In this document: one piece after another, positions 54,301-64,000 of the stretch
How the letters are laid out: every line of letters begins with the position of its first letter
Position numbering within the stretch: the first letter of the stretch is position 1
Position numbers and translations under genes: made by a program
The notes under the pieces: generated by a model
Database searches by the model: none
The model's input: the letters and a program-made list of their open reading frames with translations, nothing else
Told to the model about the DNA's origin: nothing
Origin: Eledone cirrhosa
Lineage: Eukaryota
DNA length: 64,000 nt
NCBI GenBank assembly: GCA_964016885.1
Contig: OZ024743.1
Location: 236,220,001-236,284,000, forward strand
Direction of reading: 5' to 3'

Positions 54301-57300
54301 CGGAGTTGATAGCCACTACTTTATAACAATATATTTACATCTGTTGGACAGTCGATAGCCACTACATTATAACAATATATTTACACTGTTGGACAGTCGA
54401 TAGCCACTACATTATAACAATATATTTACATCTGTTGGGGAGTTGATAGCCACTACTTTAAAACAACATATTTACATCTGTTGCGGAGTTGATAGCCACT
54501 ACTTTATAACAATATATTTACATCTGTTGCGGAGTTGATAGCCACTACTTTATAACAATATATTTACATCTGTTGGACAGTCGATAGCCACTACATTATA
54601 ACAATATATTTACATCTGTTGGGGAGTTGATAGCTACTACTTTATAACAATATATTTACATCTGTTGGGGAGTTGATAGCCACTACTTTATAACAATATA
54701 TTTACATCCGTTGGGGAGTTGATAGCCACTACTTTATAACAATATATTTCCATCTGCTGGACAGTTGATAGCTACTACTTTATAACAATATATTTCCATC
54801 TGTTGGACAGTTGATAGCCACTACATTATAACAATATATTTACATCTGCTGGACAGCTGATAGCTACTACTTCATAACAATATATTTACATCTGCTGGAC
54901 AGCTGATAGCTACTACTTTATAACAATATATTTACATCTGTTGGACAGTTGATAACCACTACTTTATAACAATATATTTCCATCTGCTGGACAGTTGATA
55001 GCCACTACTTTATAACAATATATTTACATCTGCTGGACAGTTGATAGCTACTACTTTATAACAATATATTTCCATCTGCTGGACAGTTGATAGCCACTAC
55101 TTTATAACAATATATTTACATCTGCTGGACAGTTGATAGCCACTACTTTATAACAATATATTTCCATCTGCTGGACAGTTGATAGCCACTACCTTATAAC
55201 AATATATTTCCATCTGCTGGACAGTTGATAGCCACTACTTTATAACAATATATTTACATATGCTGGACAGTTGATAGCCACTACTTTATATCAATATATT
55301 TCCATCTGCTGGACAGTTGATAGCCACTACTTTATAACAATATATTTACATCTGCTGGACAGTTGATAGCCACTACTTTATAAAAATATATTTCCATCCG
55401 CTGGACAGTTGATAGCCACTACTTTATAACAATATATTTACATCTGCTGGACAGTTGATAGCCACTACTTTATAACAATATATTTACATCTGCTGGACAG
55501 TTGATAGCTACTACTTTATAACAATATATTTCCATTTGCTGGACAGTTGATAGCTACTACTTTATAACAATATATTTACATCTGCTGGACAGTTGATAGC
55601 CACTACTTTATAACAATATATTTACATCTGCTGGACAGTTGATAGCTACTACTTTATAACAATATATTTCCATCTGCTGGACAGTTGATAGCTACTACTT
55701 TATAACAATATATTTACATCTGCTGGACAGTTGATAGCTACTACTTTATAACAATATATTTCCATCTGCTGGACAGTTGATAGCTACTACTTTATAACAA
55801 TATATTTACATCTGCTGGACAGTTGATAGCCACTACTTTATAACAATATATTTACATCTGCTGGACAGTTGATAGCTACTACTTTATAACAATATATTTC
55901 CATCTGCTGGACAGTTGATAGCTACTACTTTATAACAATATATTTACATCTGCTGGACAGTTGATAGCCACTACTTTATAACAATATATTTACATCTGCT
56001 GGACAGTTGATAACCACTACATTATAACAATATATTTCCATCTGCTGGACAGTTGATAGCTACTACTTTATAACAATATATTTACATCTGCTGGACAGTT
56101 GATAGCCACTACTTTATAACAATATATTTACATCTGCTGGACAGTTGATAGCCACTACTTTATAACAATATATTTCCATCTGCTGCACAGTTGATAGCTA
56201 CTACTTTATAACAATATATTTATATCTGCTGGACAGTTGATAGCCACTATTTTATAACAATATATTTACATCTGCTGGACAGTTAGTTGATAGCTACTAC
56301 TTTATAACAATATATTTACATCTACTGGACAGTTGATAGTCACTACTTTATAACAATATATTTACATCTGCTGGACAGTTGATAGCCACTACTTTATAAC
56401 AATATATTTACATCTGCTGGACAGTTGATAGCCACTACTTTATAACAATATATTTACATCTGCTGGACAGTTGATAGCCACTACTTTATAACAATATATT
56501 TCCATCTGCTGGACAGTTGATACCCACTACTTTATAACAATATATTTACATCTGCTGGACAGTTAGTTGATAGCTACTATTTTAAAGCAATATATTTACA
56601 TCTGTTGGACCGTTGATAGCTACTACTTTATAAGAATCTATTTACATCTGTCGGACAGTTGATAGCTACTACTTTATAACAATATATTTACATCTGCTGG
56701 ACAGCAGATAGCTACTACTTTATTACAATATATTTACATCTGTTGGGCAACTGATAACGACTACTTTATAACAATATATTTACATCTGTTGCGGAGTTGA
56801 TAGCCACTACTTTATAACAATATATTTACATCTGTTGGACAGTTGATAGCCACTACATTATAACAATATATTTCCATCTGCTGGACAGTTGATAGCTACT
56901 ACTTTATAACAATATATTTACATCTGCTGGACAGTTGATAGCCACTACTTTATAACAATATATTTCCATCTGCTGGACAGTTGATAGCTACTACTTTATA
57001 ACAATACATTTACATCTGCTGGACAGCTGATAGCTACTACTTTATAACAATATATTTACATCTGCTGGACAGCTGATAGCTACTACTTTATAACAATATA
57101 TTTACATCTGCTGGACAGCTGATAGCTACTACTTTATAACAATATATTTCCATCTGCTGGACAGTTGATAGCTACTACTTTATAACAATATATTTACATC
57201 TGCTGGACAGTTGATAGCCACTACTTTATAACAATATATTTACATCTGCTGGACAGTTGATAGCTCCTACTTTATAACAATATATTTCCATCTGCTGGAC

Positions 57301-60300
57301 AGTTGATAGCTACTACTTTATAACAATATATTTACATCTGCTGGACAGTTGATAGCTACTACTTTATAACAATATATTTACATCTGCTGGACAGTTGATA
57401 GCCACTACTTTATAACAATATATTTACATCTGCTGGACAGTTGATAGCTACTACTTTATAACAATATATTTCCATCTGCTGGACAGTTGATAGCTACTAC
57501 TTTATAACAATATATTTACATCTGCTGGACAGTTGATAGCCACTACTTTATAACAATATATTTACATCTGCTGGACAGTTGATAGCCACTACATTATAAC
57601 AATATATTTACATCTGCTGGACAGTTGATAGCTACTACTTTATAACAATATATTTACATCTGCTGGACAGTTGATAGCCACTACTATATAACAATATATT
57701 TCCATCTGCTGCACAGTTGATAGCCACTACTTTATAACAATATATTTACATCTGCTGGACAGTTGATAGCCACTATTTTATAACAATATATTTACATCTG
57801 CTGGACAGTTAGTTGATAGCTACTACTTTATAACAATATATTTACATCTGCTGGACAGTTGATAGCCACTACTTTATAACAATATATTTACATCTGCTGG
57901 ACAGTTGATAGCCACTACTTTATAACAATATATTTACATCTGCTGGACAGTTGATAGCCACTACTTTATAACAATATATTTACATCTGCTGGACAGTTGA
58001 TAGCCACTACTTTATAACAATATATTTCCATCTGCTGGACAGTTGATAGCCACTACTTTATAACAATATATTTACATCTGCTGGACAGTTAGTTGATAGC
58101 TACTATTTTATAACAATATATTTACATCTGTTGGACCGTTGATAGCTACTACTTTATAAGAATCTATTTACATCTGTCGGACAGTTGATAGCTACTACTT
58201 TATAACAATATATTTACATCTGCTGGACAGCAGATAGCTACTACTTTATAACAATATATTTACATCTGTTGGGCAACTGATAACGACTACTTTATAACAA
58301 TATATTTACATCTGTTGCGGAGTTGATAGCCACTACTTTATAACAATATATTTACATCTGTTGGACAGTTGATAGCCACTACATTATAACAATATATTTA
58401 CATCTGTTGGGGAGTTGATAGCCACTACTTTATAACAATATATTTACATCTGTTGCGGAGTTGATAGCCACTACTTTATAACAATATATTTACATCTGTT
58501 GGACAGTTGATAGCCACTACATTATAACAATATATTTACATCTGCTGGACAGCTGATAGCTACTACTTTATAACAATATATTTACATCTGCTGGACAGCT
58601 GATAGCTACTACTTTATAACAATATATTTACATCTGCTGGACAGCTGATAGCTACTACTTTATAACAATATATTTCCATCTGCTGGACAGTTGATAGCTA
58701 CTACTTTATAACAATATATTTCCATCTGCTGGACAGTTGATAGCCACTACTTTATAACAATATATTTACATCTGCTGGACAGTTGATAGCTCCTAATTTA
58801 TAACAATATATTTCCATCTGCTGGACAGTTGATAGCTACTACTTTATAACAATATATTTACATCTGCTGGACAGTTGATAGCTACTACTTTATAACAAAA
58901 TATTTCCATCTGCTGGACAGTTGATAGCTACTACTTTATAACAATATATTTCCATCTGCTGGACAGTTGATAGCTCCTACTTTATAACAATATATTTACA
59001 TCTGCTGGACAGTTGATAGCTACTACTTTATAACAATATATTTACATCTGCTGGACAGTTGATAGCTACTACTTCATAACAATATATTTCCATCTGCTGG
59101 ACAGTTGATAGCTACTACTTTATAACAATATATTTACATCTGCTGGACAGTTGATAGCTACTACTTTATAACAATATATTTACCTCTGCTGGACAGTTGA
59201 TAGCCACTACTTTATAACAATATATTTCCATCTGCTGGACAGTTGATAGCCACTACTTTATAACAATATATTTACATCTGCTGGACAGTTGATAGCCACT
59301 ATTTTATAACAATATATTTACATCTGCTGGACAGTTGATAGCTACTATTTTATAACAATATATTTCCACCTGCTGGACAGTTGATAGCTACTACTTTATA
59401 ACAATATATTTCCATCTGCTGGACAGTTGATAGCTACTACTTTATAACAATATATTTACATCGGCTGGACAGTTGATAGCTACTACTTTATAACAATATA
59501 TTTACATCTGCTGGACAGTTGATAGCTACTAATTTATAACAATATATTTACATCTGCTGGACAGTTGATAGCTACTACTTTATAACAATATATTTACATC
59601 TGCTGGACAGTTGATAGCTACTACTTTATAACAATATATTTACATCTGCTGGACAGTTGATAGCCACTACTTTATAACAATATATTTCCATCCGCTGGAC
59701 AGTTGATAGCTACTACTTTATAACAATATATTTCCATCTGCTGGACAGTTGATAGCCACTACTTTATTACAATATATTTCCATCTGCTGGACAGTTGATA
59801 GCCACTACTTTAAAACAATATATTTTCATCTGCTGGACAGTTGATAGCTACTACTTTATAACAATATATTTACATCTGCTGGACAGTTGATAGCCACTAC
59901 TTTATAACAATATATTTCCATCTGCTGGACAGTTGATAGCCACTACTTTATAACAATATATTTACATCTGCTGGACAGTTGATAGCCACTACTTTATAAC
60001 AATATATTTACATCTGCTGGACAGTTGATAGCTACTACTTTATAACAATATATTTCCATCTGCTGGACAGTTGATAACTACTACTTTATAACAATATATT
60101 TACATCTGCTGGACAGTTGATAGCTACTAATTTATAACAATATATTTCCATCTGCTGGACAGTTGATAGCTATTACTTTATAACAATATATTTACATCTG
60201 CTGGACAGTTGATAGCTACTACTTTATAACAATATATTTCCATCTGCTGGACAGTTGATAGCTACTACTTTATAACAATATATTTCCATCTGCTGGACAG

Positions 60301-63300
60301 TTGATAGCTACTAGTTTATAACAATATATTTACATCTGCTGGACAGTTGATAGCTACTACTTTATAACAATATATTTACATCTGCTGGACAGTTGATAGC
60401 CACTACTTTATAACAATATATTTTCATCTGCTGGACAGTTGATAGCTACTACTTTATAACAATATATTTACATCTGCTGGACAGTTGATAGCTACTACTT
60501 TATAACAATATATTTCCATCTGCTGGACAGTTGATAGCTACTACTTTATAACAATATATTTACATCTGCTGGACAGTTGATAGCTACTACTTTATAACAA
60601 TATATTTACATCTGCTGGACAGTTGATAGCTACTACTTTATAACAATATATTTACATCTGCTGGACAGTTGATAGCCACTACTTTATAACAATATATTTC
60701 CATCTGCTGGACAGTTGATAGCCACTACTTTATAACAATATATTTACATCTGCTGGACAGTTGATAGCCACTACTTTATAACAATATATTTACATCTGCT
60801 GGACAGTTGATAGCTACTACTTTATAACAATATATTTCCATCTGCTGGACAGTTGATAGCTACTAATTTATAACAATATATTTACATCTGCTGGACAGTT
60901 GATAGCTACTACTTTATAACAATATATTTACATCTGCTGGACAGTTGATAGCTACTACTTTATAACAATATATTTACATCTGCTGGACAGTTGATAGCCA
61001 CTACTTTATAACAATATATTTCCATCTGCTGGACAGTTGATAGCTACCCCTTTATAACAATATATTTCCATCTGCTGGACAGTTGATAGCCACTACTTTA
61101 TAACAATATATTTCCATCTGCTGGACAGTTGATAGCCACTACTTTAAAACAATATATTTCCATCTGCTGGACAGTTGATAGCCACTACTTTAAAACAATA
61201 TATTTCCATCTGCTGGACAGTTGATAGCTCCTACTTTATAACAATATATTTACATCTGCTGGACAGTTGATAGCCACTACTTTATAACAATATATTTCCA
61301 TCTGCTGGACAGTTGATAGCTACTACTTTATAACAATATATTTCCATCTGCTGGACAGTTGATAGCCACTACTTTATAACAATATATTTCCATCTGCTGG
61401 ACAGTTGATAGCCACTACTTTAAAACAATATATTTCCATCTGCTGGACAGTTGATAGCTCCTACTTTATAACAATATATTTACATCTGCTGGACAGTTGA
61501 TAGCCACTACTTTATAACAATATATTTCCATCTGCTGGACAGTTGATAGCTACTCCTTTATAACAATATATTTCCATCTGCTGGACAGTTGATAGCCATT
61601 ACTTTATAACAATATATTTCCATCTGCTGGACAGTTGATAGCCACTACTTTAAAACAATATATTTCCATCTGCTGGACAGTTGATAGCCACTACTTTAAA
61701 ACAATATATTTCCATCTGCTGGACAGTTGATAGCTCCTACTTTATAACAATATATTTACATCTGCTGGACAGTTGATAGCTACTACTTTATAACAATATA
61801 TTTCCATCTGCTGGACAGTTGATAGCTACTACTTTATAACAATATATTTACATCTGCTGGACAGTTGATAGCTCCTACTTTATAACAATATATTTACATG
61901 TGCTGGACAGTTGATAGCTACTACTTTATAACAATATATTTACATCTGCTGGACAGTTGATAGCTACTACTTCATAACAATATATTTACATCTACTGGAC
62001 AGTTGATAGCTACTACTTTATAACAATATATTTACATCTGCTGGACAGTTGATAGCCACTACTTTATAACAATATATTTCCATATGCTGGACAGTTGATA
62101 GCTACTACTTTATAACAATATATTTCCATCTGCTGGACAGTTGATAGCCACTAATTTATAACAATATATTTACATGTGCTGTACAGTTGATAGCCACTAC
62201 TTTATAACAATATATTTCCATATGCTGGACAGTTGATAGCTACTACTTTATAACAATATATTTCCATCTGCTGGACAGTTGATAGCCACTACTTTATAAC
62301 AATATATTTACATCTGCTGGACAGTTGATAGCTACTACTTTATAACAATATATTTACATCTGCTGGACAGTTGATAGCTACTACTTTATAACAATATATT
62401 TCCATCTGCTGGACAGTTGATAACTACTACTTTATAACAATATATTTACATCTGCTGGACAGTTGATAGCTACTACTTCATAACAATATATTTACATCTG
62501 CTGGACAGTTGATAGCTACTACTTTATAACAATATATTTTCATCTACTGGACAGTTGATAGCTACTACTTTATAACAATATATTTACATCTGCTGGACAG
62601 TTGATAGCTACTAATTTATAACAATATATTTACATGTGCTGTACAGTTGATAGCCACACTTTATAACAATATATTTCCATATGCTGGACAGTTGATAGCT
62701 ACTACTTTATAACAATATATTTCCATCTGCTGGACAGTTGATAGCCACTACTTTATAACAATATATTTACATCTGCTGGACAGTTGATAGCCACTACTTT
62801 ATAACAATATATTTACATCTGCTGGACAGTTGATAGCTACTACTTTATAACAATATATTTCCATCTGCTGGACAGTTGATAACTACTACTTTATAACAAT
62901 ATATTTACCTCTGCTGGACAGTTGATAGCTACTACTTTATAACAATATATTTCCATCTGCTGGACAGTTGATAGCTACTACTTTATAACAATATATTTCC
63001 ATCTGCTGGACAGTTGATAGCCACTACTTTAAAACAATATATTTCCATCTGCTGGACAGTTGATAACTCCTACTTTATAACAATATATTTACATCTGCTG
63101 GACAGTTGATAGCCACTACTTTATAACGATATATTTCCATCTGCTGGACAGTTGATAGCTACTCCTTTATAACAATACATTTCCATCTGCTGGACAGTTG
63201 ATAGCCATTACTTTATAACAATATATTTCCATCTGCTGGACAGTTGATAGCCACTACTTTAAAACAATATATTTCCATCTGCTGGACAGTTGATAGCCAC

Positions 63301-64000
63301 TACTTTAAAACAATATATTTCCATCTGCTGGACAGTTGATAGCTCCTACTTTATAACAATATATTTACATCTGCTGGACAGTTGATAGCTACTACTTTAT
63401 AACAATATATTTCCATCTGCTGGATAGTTGATAGCTACTACTTTATAACAATATATTTACATCTGCTGGACAGTTGATAGCTCCTACTTTATAACAATAT
63501 ATTTACATCTGCTGGACAGTTGATAGCTACTACTTTATAACAATATATTTCCATCTGCTGGACAGTTGATAGCTACTACTTCATAACAATATATTTACAT
63601 CTGCTGGACAGTTGATAGCTACTACTTTATAACAATATATTTACATCTACTGGACAGTTGATAGCTACTACTTTATAACAATATATTTACATCTGCTGGA
63701 CAGTTGATAGCTACTAATTTATAACAATATATTTACATGTGCTGTACAGTTGATAGCCACTACTTTATAACAATATATTTCCATATGCTGGACAGTTGAT
63801 AGCTACTACTTTATAACAATATATTTCCATCTGCTGGACAGTTGATAACTACTACTTTATAACAATATATTTACATCTGCTGGACAGTTGATAGCTACTA
63901 CTTTATAACAATATATTTCCATCTGCTGGACAGTTGATAGCTACTAATTTATAACAATATATTTACATCTGCTGGACAGTTGATAGCTACTACTTTATAA
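45328..64000. repeat. 46-bp satellite (ACTTTATAACAATATATTTACATCTGCTGGACAGTTGATAGCYACT), ~405 units, runs off the window
   Basis: Direct reading, period 46, highly homogeneous. Confidence 0.99.

Overview
Gene-poor, repeat-saturated animal genomic DNA, probably a cephalopod (Octopus-like; inferred from the SINE family and the TA/CA microsatellite load). No intact host gene is supported, and nearly all track ORFs are microsatellite or satellite translations. 1-27 kb is a mosaic of (TA)n/(CA)n/(CATA)n tracts, a tRNA-derived SINE family, fragments of RTE, R4/Dong-like, CR1-like, CRE, Penelope-like (PLE) and mariner elements, and many fold-back (inverted) duplications. 27.4-38.1 kb is a 10-bp G-rich satellite, 38.4-39.4 kb a 38-bp minisatellite, 39.4-43.45 kb a near full-length frameshifted RTE/BovB-type LINE, and 45.3-64 kb a 46-bp satellite. 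Main signals: (1) about 20 type-I hammerhead ribozyme motifs (about 10 with intact cores) in several unrelated repeat families, many with palindromic stem III, sitting in inverted duplications beside microsatellites; (2) a ~445-bp non-coding hammerhead-plus-octamer repeat found in tandem, inverted and as an exact circularly permuted monomer (retrozyme-like); (3) the >18-kb 46-bp satellite appears to be amplified from the endonuclease-coding segment of the adjacent R4/Dong-like retrotransposon; (4) an HDV-like ribozyme candidate at the 5' end of the RTE. All structures were folded by eye and no activity is demonstrated.
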